Source: Eledone cirrhosa
Taxonomy: Eukaryota
Assembly (NCBI GenBank): GCA_964016885.1
Contig: OZ024743.1
Span: 116,622,001 to 116,686,000, forward strand
DNA length: 64,000 nucleotides
Direction: 5' to 3'
Part shown: piece by piece, positions 13,151 to 25,518 of the stretch
How the letters are laid out: each line of letters begins with the position of its first letter
Position numbering within the stretch: the stretch's first letter is position 1
Notes under the pieces: model-generated
The model's database searches: none
The model's input: the letters and a program-made list of their open reading frames with translations, nothing else
What the model was told of the DNA's origin: nothing
Program-made: the position numbers and the translations under genes

Positions 13151-13630
13151 TCAAGTTATGAATTGGGTGTTGAGTTCTAGTCTATTATTGATTGGTGGTT
13201 GTGTTTTGTCTATAATTAGTGCTTCCTTAATTCTAAGATTGCCGAGGTTTCTTTCCTTAGTTTCTATCCTAACTGTTATAGTTGTGTCGGTGTTTTTGCA
13301 TTTAACTAGGTGTTTCTTAAATGAGGAAGCGTTAGTATTGAGGTGTTCTTTTATTCTTATGTGGAGTGGTCTGGTGGGGCTACCTACGTAGAAGTTGCTG
13401 CATTTGTCACACTCTAGTCTGTATACGACGTAAGCCTGGTGGCATAGGTCTGTGTTGTTGATGGGGCAGTTGGCTAGCCTGCAGCAGTTGTCATGTCTGG
13501 TGGAGTGTCTTTTGCTTAGCAGTCCGCGTAGAGAAGGACCTGAGTGGGCCAGTTGGATATCCAGTCCCTCTCGTCTGATAGCTCTGCGGATGGCTGTTGT
13601 TGTTTCGTCACTGAAGTGTGGGAGCTTCAA
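13151..13630 (-). pseudogene. Inverted duplicate of the PLE GIY-YIG endonuclease domain
   Basis: C.LANCP....LC, VVYRLECDKCSNFYVGS.TRPLHIRIKEH, RIKEALII....PPINNRLE. Confidence 0.88.
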
Positions 13631-13668
13631 GAAGCAAGTATTAGTGCCTCGATTGTGGTGTCCTCTGT

Positions 13669-16075
13669 CCTACCAACATGCTTCAGATCACCAGGCCTCA
13701 AACGATCACTTAGTTACATACAAAAATTCTGCCTAAGAAATCACATACAACACCTACACTGCACGCTACAACAACACATACGAACTATTTCCAGCCTTGT
13801 ACCACAACTCGCCGAAACACCAGAACCTCTGTCCAGAGTTATCTCCGCGGCTATAGACAGGTCATACCACCATCGCCGAGACTACGAGAAAATACGCCTA
13901 ACGCAAACATTTCTCAAACTCAGCACGTCTAACCGTCTTAATGACATCCTAAATCTAAGCACTAACAGAAGCGAACAAGACGGTCCCAACACCGAATCTA
14001 GCGGCGCCCCGACCAACAACACACCTGACGCAAAACACCTCGTCACAGACTTGACAGGATCCCTCTCCCGAGAGGAATTATACCTCCTCAGCCTGGGTCC
14101 CAAGTTCATATTGAAACAGAGACTGGACGACAAAATATGGCTCGACATAGAAATGAATTTCTGTCGGGTTGTCTACCAACTAAGATGGATATCGACTCTC
14201 GGCAACAACCCCACAGAATCTAACAAACCCAGATTCCCGATATACCAACTGGATCACCCACTCTGTCCACCGCCTGCCAACCGCGAGCTTGAAGAAAAAC
14301 TCTCGAGGCTAAAACATTCCGTATTTAACATCTTACGGAAACAGAAGAAGATAGCCCCAAACCTCTCCAGGACACAACAACTCGTCCTGAAGAACCTACG
14401 GATTAGGGAACTTATATACTTACCATCCGACAAAGGCAAAGAGTTTTGCGTCATATCTCAAGCCACATACAACAACCTAGCCTTTGAACACCTAAGCGAC
14501 AATGAATTATATACAGAGATCCCGGACATGACTGCAGCCCATATCGAAAAACAGACCAACTCCATCTGGTTCGATATCTGTAGGAGAAGACAACTCCCAA
14601 ATAACGTTAAGCTCAACTACACCACTAGAAATAGCAGACTGCCCAATTTCTACCACCTCATCAAGACCCACAAGAATAGTAATAAGACGCAAATAAGACC
14701 CATTGACTCTAGCATAGAAGGACCCCTATACAAAATTTCCTGGCTCCTCTCCCAGGTCCTCAAGCCTCTACTCTCCACCTTTCCCGGGCATGTCAGTAGC
14801 TCCGACGAAGTTATACGTAGACTAAACCAACTCCAGCCAGAACAACTTAAACTAAATAGATACGCCTTTAGCCTCGACGTTGTCTCCCTCTACACTACAG
14901 TCCCCGCTCATCCAGCTGTCATTTATTTACGGACTGCGTTGTCGCAGAGGACATCCGCTGCTACGACCTCCATCCGACGGACATACACCAGCTTTTGTCC
15001 TTCACAGTAGACAACACATACTTCACCTTCCCCCACCACACATACAGACAGACACCAGGATTACCCATGGGATCCAGCCTATCGGGCCTGCTGGCCATCA
15101 CCTATATGAGCCAGCTAGAATGCCGTGCCCTCAACACCTGCCATTCCCATACCTTCTTCACCCGATATGTAGATGACATACTCATCCTCACATCATCCCT
15201 TGAGGAGGCAGATAAACTATACACAACATTCTCCAGCATGGACGCCAGTATAAAGTTCAGCATAGAATACCCCGATGACCGCGGATCCTTATCCCTACTG
15301 GACTTCCAACTCAGGGTAACAGAGGAAGGCAACATCCACACCTTCTTCTATAAAAAAGCCGCCAGCAGGGACATGTTCGTACGTTTCAGATCGACCCTCC
15401 CAGCCGGCGCTAAGTTCGGATACATAAGGAACAAACTGACACGTATCCGGAACAAATGCACCGACGTTAGAGACCGAGACACACACACCACACATTTCCT
15501 GGAAGTACTCAAAGTGAAAGGATACCCGCACATCCACCACAAACCGTGCCAGAAAGAACAGAGGACACCACACCCGAGGCACTAACACTTGCTTCCTGAA
15601 GCTCCCACACTTCAGTGACGAAACAACAACAGCCATCCGCAGATCTATCAGACGAGAGGGACTAGATATCCAACTGGCCCACTCAGGTGCTTCTCTACGC
15701 GGACAGCTAGCCAAAAGACACTCCACCAGATATGACAACTGCTGCTGGCTAGCCAACTGCCCCATCAACGTAACAGACCTATGCCACCAGGCTTACGTTG
15801 TATACAGACTAGAGTGTGACAAATGCAGCAACTTCTACGTAGGTAGCACCACCAGACCATTCCACATAAGAATAAAAGAACACCTCAATACGAACGCTTC
15901 CTCATTTAAGAAACACCTAGTTAAATGCAAAAACACTGACACAACCATAACAGTTAGGATAGAAACTAAGGAAAGAAACCTCGGCAATCTTAGAATTAAG
16001 GAAGCACTAAATATAGACAAAACGCGAACCACCAATCAATAATAGACTAGAACTCAACACCCAATTCATAACTTG
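13669..16075 (+). pseudogene. PLE RT plus GIY-YIG polyprotein, 5'-truncated, at least two frameshifts
   Basis: LSLGPKF, PSDKG, FYHLIKTHK, IRPI, SLDVVSLYTTVP, YRQ..GLPMGSSLS, RYVDD, LLD, GYP; endonuclease at ~15790-16075. Confidence 0.9.
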
Positions 16076-16184
16076 ATAGAGCTTCTAGCCCTATATTTAC
16101 ACACACACCGCACACAAACACACACACACACACACACCACACCACACACACACACACACACGCGCGCGCGCACACACACGCACG

Positions 16185-16221
<37 letters not shown>

Positions 16222-16533
16222 ACACCTCCACTTATTCTCTCTGTCACACACACAAAGACCAGTTCTAACACGAGATAACATGTATCCCCCACATTTACTT
16301 ATAGGTATATATTCTCACACTCACACGCACACACTCACATACTTACACCTTCATGCACTCTCTCACACACTTAAACAGGCATGTACAAAAACAAAACCAT
16401 TTTAAAGGGAGACTACTCTTTATCCACCTAAACTTAACTCTTTGACATTAGAGATAGAACAGATAATCTATACCATTTCCTGTCAGCATGACTTGGCAAG
16501 CTATTTAGAACTCTGGTTTAACCGCTTTACTTC

Positions 16534-16568
16534 CCTCTGAAGAAGAGATATAATCTCAAATATTAAGG
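16534..16568 (+). ncRNA. Degenerate hammerhead in the PLE pseudo-LTR (mirror copy ~12703-12737, minus)
   Basis: cct-CTGAAGA-aGAGAT-ata-ATCTC-(g)AAA-tattaagg; the mirror copy retains GAAA but has CCGAAGA. Confidence 0.6.
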
Positions 16569-16729
16569 ACATTTAAATAAATCTAAGGTAAAAGACTAAT
16601 TGTCAACAATATCTTTTGCATTTGCATTCTTTATATTATGTCCATACCTGCATTGTTTTGGCTTTATTATACATATACAAACGTTTATACCTCATTACAC
16701 AATGCTTCAAGTGAACTATAACCTCCTCC

Positions 16730-16765
<36 letters not shown>

Positions 16766-16767
16766 GC

Positions 16768-16846
<79 letters not shown>

Positions 16847-16877
16847 AGAAAAACCACAGACCCTCTATCTCAACTCT

Positions 16878-16914
16878 ACTTTTGAAAAGCAGAAGAACTG
16901 CGAAACCGGTAAAG
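16878..16914 (+). ncRNA. Degenerate minimal hammerhead
   Basis: ctt-TTGAAAA-GCAG-aagaa-CTGC-GAAA-CCGG-TA-aag; two substitutions in the CTGANGA box. Confidence 0.6.
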
Positions 16915-17047
16915 GAACAAAATAAATATATATATTTTTTTTAAATAATAAGACTCTAGTTGCATTTTCGATTTCATATTTTTTTCTTTATACTTTCACT
17001 CGTGTAGGACACCTCGGTTATTTTTCATTTTGTAAAACAAACCTCAC

Positions 17048-17081
<34 letters not shown>

Positions 17082-17085
<4 letters not shown>

Positions 17086-17277
17086 GCTTTCACCATATGT
17101 TTGACTAAAGGTATTTTAGCCTGACAGTGGGGTTTAGAACCCTCGGATAAATGGAAAAAGATGAGTATTGACGTACATGCCATGAACGTCAATACTCATT
17201 TTTTTCATTTATCTGAGGGTTTTAAACCCCATTATCAGGCGAAAATACCTTTAGTCTAAAATATGGTGAAAGCTATT
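17082..17277. repeat. ~196 bp fold-back palindrome inside a (TA)n-flanked insertion (17081-17327)
   Basis: aatagctttcaccatat...gagtattgacgt / acgtcaatactc...atatggtgaaagctatt. Confidence 0.92.
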
Positions 17278-17324
17278 CTATTTTCTAATTTCAAAGCTGC
17301 TCATGGTTTCAAAACTTACTTACT

Positions 17325-17362
<38 letters not shown>

Positions 17363-17370
<8 letters not shown>

Positions 17371-17873
17371 ATACTTTGGCAATGTCATGTTGCCAATAAC
17401 AAACACACGCACCCATAGCTTTCACTCCAATTTATTATAAATTAAATTTATAAATTTAAGAATTTATAAATTTCCGGCTGGCTGGTTGGTTCCAGAACCG
17501 GACGGTTGTTCATATATTGTCAAAGTTCTTTCGTCACACATTCTGTGACCTCTTCAGTGACACATACAGACACTCGGATGTAACACATGCGCAAATTAAG
17601 GACACAACACACACAAAAACAAGATAGCATAGGACAGAACAAAGGAGAGGCACAAAACAAAGAAAAGAATCCCCAGTCAATGAAGAGGTCACAGAATGTG
17701 TGAGGAAAGAACTTTGACAATATATGAACAACCGTCCGGTTCTGGAACCAACCAACCAAGCGAAAATTTATAAATTCTTAAATTTATAAATTTAATTCAT
17801 AATAAATTGGAGTGAAACAACTGGTGCCTGTGTTTCTTATTGGCAACATGACCCTCCCAAAGTATAACAATAT
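17363..17873. mobile_element. Non-coding inverted-repeat element, ~200 bp arms, hammerhead in each arm
   Basis: Arms 17363-17561 and 17676-17873. Confidence 0.9.
17519..17561 (-). ncRNA. Type I hammerhead motif (mutated mirror at 17676-17718, plus)
   Basis: GTCA-CTGAAGA-gGTCAC-agaatgt-GTGAC-GAAA-GaaC-TT-TGAC. Confidence 0.78.
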
Positions 17874-19096
17874 CGGTTTCTACACACGCAGAGTTGCTTG
17901 ATCCATTTGAGATTTAAATGTTTTGGCTAGCGTCACATTGCACTATCTGCGACAAGGGATAACACAATTTTCATCGCTCTTGTGATTTTCAATTAGCCTA
18001 TCATTTTTCAGTAACCAGGATTCGTTTGTTACGTAACAGTGCTGGTGTGAAGTCTTCTTGTTGTGTTAATTGATTTCAGGAGAGTTCAAACCGAAGCCTA
18101 ATTTCAAACAACTCGATGAAAGTCGCTCAAAATCAGTAAAAGAAGATACCATAAGTGCTATTACAATACACTCCATTATATTCATCTATACACAACACAG
18201 GATTATGAACAGTCAATACACTAATATTCTATACTACATTACAATTTTCGACCACCGAAATATAATTATTTATAACAAGGCGAGCAAATTGGAGCTGTAG
18301 CGTAGATGGTCATGTCGTTTTAGGCAATCCGCCCTGGGTGATACGTTGATAGGGGTGGGGGGTACGTTAATGTCTATTGTATGTTGGTGCAAACTCAAGG
18401 TCTGCTCTGAGAGGCACATACACTAACTAGACCAGTGAATTGGAGGAATATGAATGTCGATATAATCGACCAAGTAATTCACTGTTATTTATTTTAGAGT
18501 TCGCGGAAGGATGAAATAAAAGTTGAACTCGGCGGAATTTGAAATCAGTAACTAAAGGGATGTAAGTGTCGCAAATCAGTTTATGCCCTATAGCATAAAT
18601 ATTTGAAATTCCAGGTTTGACATGGTTTACGATTTGATATGAATTTATGAGTTCATATCAGCTTCCAATAATAACATAGGTAATAATAAAAAATAAAATA
18701 CCAAAAACATTAAAATAAATAGTAATAAATTATAATAAAACTTTAAAAGAAATCATGCATAAAACATAGATATGGAACATTTATAGAAAATAAATATTTT
18801 ATGCAAAATACTATTCATTTAAGAAAAGCATGCAATATTTAGATATTGATCTGTTTATTATTATCTTCAGTAATACAAAATTGAATGCTTGTGTGTATAC
18901 ATATAAGCATACTTTCATAATACTTAGATACATACATTGTGAGTGTATGTATGTGTGTGTGTGTGTGTGTGTGTTTGAGTGAGTGTGTCTGTGTGTGTGA
19001 ATAATAACGTTGATTTTTAATTTAGGCACAAACCACCATCTTTGGATGGAGAGAAATAATTTCAATAATGTATGAAAATGGCATATTCATATAAAT

Positions 19097-19231
<135 letters not shown>

Positions 19232-20254
19232 AATACATCTGAATAAAATGTAAATAGAATAAGAGTTTTAGAATGTGTTACGTTGCAGAAAAAAAAGAAG
19301 TATTTAATATTTCCAAATATACGCTGCTTAGTTTGAGTTAAAGGTCCCGATAGTTTGCTCTGAATCATACATACATACATACATCATGATGATGATGGCT
19401 GTCCCCTCGTTATCGAATATGGCCATTGCACGATATACCATTATTAATAATTATTAATTAATTCTATCATGCAATGCCTGTACGTGAAGATATTTTTTAA
19501 AGTGAGGAAAGACTGTGCACTGAGCCAATACCAATCTCTGTGCGACAGTAGCTATAACCCTAAAAGAAGAAAAGATCAACATCATCGGCAACTAGGAAGC
19601 CGCAGGTTTTATATTTGAGTTATCCCAGATTCCTGAGTTACTTTCTCCTAGAAGAGATGCCCTGACAAACGCTAGGGGTCCTTCACTCCCAGTGCTTTAA
19701 CCGCGTGATCGGTTGCCTAGCCCGACTACTTCTATGTCCCCGCGCATATACATACACATGCACCCATGCATATACACATATACATATATATACATATGTA
19801 CATGTGTATATACATGTTTACACACTTTTGGATGGCCGTTGACTCTTATGAATTCTTCCGCCCTTTGTCAGGCTTTGTTTTTTGTCCAGGAGGGTGTCCA
19901 AAATCATCCTCCTCAACAAGTAAACTTGGTGGGGTTGCTGGTTTAGTCGCCGACGAGCCGACCATGCGACAGATTGTACTGGGTTACATGTTACCAGTAA
20001 CACTCAAGAGTGACCCGACATACATACATACATATATACATAAATACACTGGTAGTATGTGTGTGTATGTTTGTATAATAACAGTGATTTCTAATTTAGG
20101 TACAAACAACCCACTCATTTGAAAAGTGTATGGAAAAGGCATATATCTATACATACATGTATGTGAATTTCGTATATCTAAATATATACGTTATGATTAA
20201 TAAATAAATATACGGAATAACAAGTTCTACCCAGTGGTGAACCACTAAGCTTAA

Positions 20255-20310
<56 letters not shown>

Positions 20311-20348
20311 CGAGCTGAGGATCCGCTAAGGTAAAGCAATTGTTCTCG
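20311..20348 (+). ncRNA. Degenerate hammerhead in a ~70 bp microsatellite-embedded fragment
   Basis: CGAG-CTGAGGA-tCC-gctaa-GGt-AAAG-CAATTG-TT-CTCG; GAAA box altered. Confidence 0.6.
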
Positions 20349-20573
20349 GTATGGTGAACTAACTGTTGTGAAACCATTTCTCTCTCTCTCACTCTCTCTC
20401 TATATATATATATATTTATATATTCTGAGTATATGTACGTTGTTTACCGACACCTTAGTGTGCAGAATGGAGCACTCGACGAAGTACGCAGGTTGGTTTG
20501 GTTACTCCGGAGTAATTTAAAATAAAGTAATTAAGTCAAATGTTTAAAATTTGGCTTCATTTATTAAAGATGT

Positions 20574-20628
20574 ACTGCTATATATATTTCGGTGACAGCC
20601 ATCATTGGCTGTGACCTCTTCAGGCAGT
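20574..20628 (-). ncRNA. Type I hammerhead motif, intact core
   Basis: ACTGC-CTGAAGA-GGTcACAGCCA-atga-TGGCTGTcACC-GAAA-TATATA-TA-GCAGT. Confidence 0.9.
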
Positions 20629-22012
20629 CCGAATTGGTGTGGGAGAGACAGGTACACATGTTGTTAAAGTGTTTTACTCCGTCAATACTCCGATATGTCC
20701 AGCACCTGGTTGGGTTGTTATTTCTCTGAGGAACTCGAATCATATGAATTCGAACAAACGAATTTCGGCATCATAGGACACTCTCTCCTCCCATTGGTCA
20801 GTTGTGAGAACATTCCTCAGTCAAAAGTCTATAGAATTTTTTTTCTGAGGCAAGACAATCTGTTGTGGTTGTTTTTGTTAAGTACAGCTGACCTCCTCCC
20901 TTGTGTTTATTGTCGTTAGGGGGTTAGCTGGCAGGTCAACCTTAGATCTACTACTGCTGTCTTTAGAATAATGAGTGTATGTAGGTTGGCATCAATCGTA
21001 CCAACCTTTCACGTGGTGGGGGGTGCCAAACAGATAATGAAATAAGATAAAGTAAAATGAAGAAATAAAATATTAAAAAAATAAAATAAAATAAAAAAAT
21101 AATAAAATAATAAAATAAGATACAATAAAATGAAGACATAAAATATAAATAAATAAATAAAATAGAATAAAATGCGTGTTTGTTATAGCCAATATCATTT
21201 ATCAAAGAAGAATTAAGTTCATGTGTGTTATAGCCAATATTAAAGTTTGAAAGTTTTGGAAAATATTGACTGAAGTATAAAGGCTGTGTCAGAACCGGGA
21301 AATGCAAAGGATTACGATCTTTACACTATCATGGGGTGGTGCGTTTTAAGAGCAAATGAGGCAAGTGGGGAATGTAAAACACCATAACCTGAGTGTCAAA
21401 ATCCGGAAATGCAGAGGACCACAGTTTTTAATTCGGCATAGAGTACATATGCGTGTATGTCAACCCACATCGTTGCAAGCCCACACGCACAAAGATGGGC
21501 CCAGGTGCATCCCATAATCACACACACCCACACACACACAGACAATACAAACACACACACACACACACATATATGTATATATATACACGCGCACACACAC
21601 GCAGGCACACACACACTGTTTGGCACCCCCATAGGGTGGTAGGATTGATGCCAACCCACATACACTCATTATTCTAAAGACAGCAGCAGAGGAACTAAGG
21701 CTGACCTGCCAGCTGAACCCTTAACGAAAATAAACACAAGGGAGGAGGTCAGCTGTACTTAACAAAAACAACCACAACAGATTGTCTTGCCTCAGGAAAA
21801 GAAATTCTATAGACTTTTGACTGAGGAATGTTCTCACAACTGACCAATGGGAGGAGAGAGTGTCTTATGATGCCGAAATTCGTTTGTTCGAATTCATATG
21901 ATTCGAGTTCCTCAGAGAAATAACAACCCAACCATGAGCTGGACATATCGGAGTATTGACGGAGTAAAACACTTTAACAACATGTGTACCTGTCTCTACC
22001 ACACTAATTCAG

Positions 22013-22067
22013 ACTGCCTGAAGAGGTCACAGCTACTGATGACTGTCACCGAAATATATATAGCAGT
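22013..22067 (+). ncRNA. Type I hammerhead motif, intact core (mirror copy)
   Basis: ACTGC-CTGAAGA-GGTcACAG...CTGTcACC-GAAA-TATATA-TA-GCAGT. Confidence 0.9.
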
Positions 22068-22191
22068 ACATCTTTAATAAATGAAGCCAAATTTTAAATA
22101 TTTGACTTAATTACTTTATTTTATATATTTATTTTATATATTTATTTTATATATATATAGAGAGAAATTGCTTCTACAAGATTACTAGAAT

Positions 22192-22536
22192 TGTTTCAGT
22201 AACACTATGTACATTTCATTGGCCACGTTATGTAGGATCGTGGTGACATCATTGGGTGTATATTGCATCATAGTTAAAGGGATAATGGTAAACACATCCA
22301 AGCGCCTGTAAGGAGGGAAAGCAGATACAAAAAGAAAAACAGAGAAAAAGTTCGTGACTCGAAGTCGATGAAGCGGGCCAGTTTTTGTCACTTTGGCTGA
22401 CCGACTCCGAGCCTCTTGGATTCTGTTTACCATTGTTCCTTTATTATATAATTATTATGCAATATACAACCTGATGATGTCACCAGGATCTTATGTAACC
22501 TGGACACTGAAATGTACATATTGTTTGCTGAAATAA
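22192..22536. mobile_element. Inverted-repeat element, ~115 bp arms with hammerheads
   Basis: Arms ~22192-22305 and ~22412-22536; a further small inverted repeat spans ~22533-22672. Confidence 0.8.
22467..22523 (+). ncRNA. Type I hammerhead motif
   Basis: CTGATGA-TGTC..CAGG...CCTG-GACAct-GAAA-TGTACA-TA; the left arm keeps stem I ACAC/GTGT. Confidence 0.7.
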
Positions 22537-22682
22537 ATCTTTGAATTTCACCAGTCCGCCCTCCTATAATATTTTTGTTATTCAATTATATATTTTTACT
22601 CAATTATATATATATATATTATTGAGTAAAATGAATGGAGACCAGACTAGTGAAAATATTTCAAAGATTATATATATATATA

Positions 22683-23860
22683 GTTCAAAAGGACGAGCAA
22701 ATAAAAGCAGCTGACAATAGTATATAGTGTTATTAGATTTACGCTTGGTGAAGGTTTCGACATTTCGGACATAAGTCCTTCATCAGTAAAGTAGGGAGGA
22801 ACTCCGAGAGGGGGTTAGAAGGGGGAGGGGTGAATAAGAAAAACATGAAAGGACGGGAAAATAGAAATAAATATAAACATGAAAAGAAATAAAAACAGAA
22901 TTAAAAAGAATATATATAAAAGAATATATTTAAAAAAAAACAGAATTTAAAAAATGTGAAAGTGAAGGATGTGGGAGGGGCTGGGAGTGTTTGGTTGGCA
23001 AGAGCGTGATAGTGTATGACGGGTGGCTGGAGGTTGAGAGAACGTGTGGGGAAGCAAGGAAATTAGAGTCCGAGCGGAGATGGCTGATGGTACGGTGTGT
23101 GTGTATGTGTAGATATAAGTGTGTGTGTGTATTTACGTGGGGATGCACGTGTGAGAGACGGGAAGGAAGCAAGTATATGTGAATGTAGGTTTTGAAAAAC
23201 CATTGTGTGAGTGTTGGGTTGGAGTGTATTATGTGTGTGTATAGGTGTAGTGTGTCTGTGTGTGTGTATGTGTGTTTGGCTGTAGAGGGACGTACTGGTG
23301 AGATGAGATCGTGTCAGGTCTGGAGGGGGTGTAGGGTGAAGCGTGGCTGTATGAGTAGATGTGCAAGTGTGTGTGTTTTTGTTGTTAAGAGAAGGGGAAG
23401 CGTGGTGAATCTTGTAGGTGATGTGGGTTCGTGTGCAGAGCATAGTTGCGTGTGTGCGGAAATGGTGCAAGTGTCTGTGAGTGTCTAAGTTTCTGAATAG
23501 GTGTTGGGTGTGTGGATGGTGAAGATCCGGAGATATAACAGATGGATTCAACGTGAGATAAATTCCGAGTTCAAGTAGAAGAGAGTGACGATGAGGAAGC
23601 GAAATGGCAGTGTGGCGTGCGCAACTGGAAATGGTCAGGTTGAAAGAGTGGGAGGAGAGGATGGCAGGGCAACGATTGAGAGGGAGGGGATGACGTGGTG
23701 CCGACAGAACAGAACTTGGTGGGTGAGAGTGATAAAAGTACTACTAAGTGTGCGTCAGGGTAGTAGTTGTGTAGACAGGCAGGTGCCTGTTGGTAAGAAT
23801 ATGTATATGTGTGTGTGTGGGGGAGGGGTGCATGTGCGTGTGTGCGTATGTGTGTATGTA
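22683..23860 (-). mobile_element. Non-coding CA-rich PLE-like element ending in (TA)n
   Basis: HHR ~70 nt from the 3' end; CA-rich body like the 3' region of the PLE at 16080-16400; 5' boundary uncertain. Confidence 0.5.
22755..22791 (-). ncRNA. Minimal hammerhead motif
   Basis: CTGATGA-aGGAC-ttat-GTCC-GAAA-TG-TC; stem I weak. Confidence 0.7.
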
Positions 23861-24329
23861 TATATATCTATATATGTATATATAGATATCGTTTTGGATG
23901 GGTGGTTTCAGGCGGCAGTTGATGTTGTTGTTTGGCTTTCTATCGTTTTGATCAGGCTGGGGTTGTAGATGGTATTCATAGGCACTGACACTGTCTCAAA
24001 GACTAGAGCCAGCCTATTTATAGATTTGTGTCCTCTTTCTTTCAAATTTGTGGTAAGGGGCGTTTAGACATTCAGGAAGAATCAATTTGTGCTTTCTCAC
24101 CTTTCTTTTCCTATCACCATATTTATAATAAACACATGCCTATGAGAATATTATTGAGTTTGAAAAAGCCAAAATTGAGAAAAATATTACATTACCAGTG
24201 GCATCTGTGACAGAAGCTTTTTCGGGGTGCCAGGGCAGTTAACTTATCCAAACAATGGAATGAAATATGTAGACGAAATCGCCGGAATAAAACGAAAAAT
24301 AGAGACATAAACGCTCGACGATATAACAA

Positions 24330-25350
24330 CGTGTAGCTTGAACACACACATACACACGTACTTTGTAGGTAAATCTGGGGAGCACACTCTCAAATGATGG
24401 CTCCTTAGAAGCTGGAATATATCTGCGCATCCAGAAGCCCTCTGTTGCTTTTGGAAAATTGGATTAGAGAATTTGGGCAAATCGAAACATTATGAACAAT
24501 AACAAGGTGTGTGTGTATAGAACATGTCTTTTGTATGCTCTTTTATACTCTGTAGAAACCTGGACGCTATTCCGAAAACGTTTCATGTTGCTTGAGCACT
24601 TTCAGCAGAAACATCTAAGGAGCATATTCAACATCAAGTGGTAAGAGAGATCTCCTGATATCAATGTCCTTCTAAGACCGATTGTCCAAGCATTGAACTC
24701 AAGTTAAATCTTCTCAAATGCGGTGGACAGGACATATCGTTCGCCTGAAAGAAAGCAGGACCCCGAAGCAACTGTTGTACGGTGAGCTCCATCTTGGAAA
24801 GAGGCCTCAACACAAACCGAATATGAGCTACACGGAAAGCACCAAGAACAACTTCAAAGTGCAGGCTTTTGATATAGACAACTAAGAGGTGATAGCTCTA
24901 AATAAGGCTGAGTGGAGATCACGCATGAAGGGCAGTTTCAAATCTGTTGAAGAATGTGGTCTAGAACGTAAACTACTGCAACGTCAGCTCCGGACGGGTT
25001 ACAGACTTTATCAAGTCACAACAAGTTGGACATACAAATTCTGTCAGCGTGTACTCCTTTAAAAATCTGGTTACGTTAATCTGCTGAAGTCACATGCAAG
25101 AAAAATAACCTGCAACACCACTCGACAAAGTCCTGGCGAAACAAAACGTGGTATGTAATAAAGTGTGTAGAACTAGGTCCAGACTAAAAAACACATGGTG
25201 GTGCATAAAGATTTTGTCCCACAAGGTGACCGTAACGGTTCTGTGGAAAGCACAACTCGTTTTTGTTGCTTGTGTCGTAAATCATGCAGATCTATAGATT
25301 CATCTACGAAGTAATGGACGCCTATGAGATGAGAATGAAGAATCAATAAG
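24330..25350 (+). mobile_element. RTE (BovB-like) LINE 3' remnant
   Basis: Hand translation: LGSTLSNDGSL, AFGKL..RIW, LLYSVETWT, FNIKW, RWTGHIVRLKESRTPKQLLYGEL..GKR; many stops; duplicate at 27550-28290. Confidence 0.85.
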
Positions 25351-25428
25351 AAACAGCAATCGTCTGTAAATACAGTGCAATCCTCATATGCATATATATA
25401 TATATATATATATATTTATATGTATATT

Positions 25429-25518
<90 letters not shown>

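Larger units (their letters stand above)
12615..16729 (+). mobile_element. Penelope-like element (PLE) with ~1.05 kb inverted 5' pseudo-LTR
   Basis: 12615-13668 is the reverse complement of 15558-16656; RT plus GIY-YIG ORF between and within the arms; (TA)n on both flanks. Confidence 0.93.
20425..22123. mobile_element. Non-coding inverted-repeat element, ~510 bp arms with hammerheads
   Basis: Arms ~20520-21032 and ~21616-22123, AT-microsatellite flanks, no RT or endonuclease coding signal seen. Confidence 0.92.

Noticed and set aside
13544-13668. N-terminus of the 488-aa ORF as the real PLE start
   Set aside because: It is the antisense read of the inverted pLTR arm; genuine coding sequence starts near 13669
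17363-17873. MITE or DNA-transposon interpretation of the inverted repeats
   Set aside because: Arms contain hammerhead cores and asymmetric tails, and a single-arm relative exists at ~4940-5182; this fits PLE origin better
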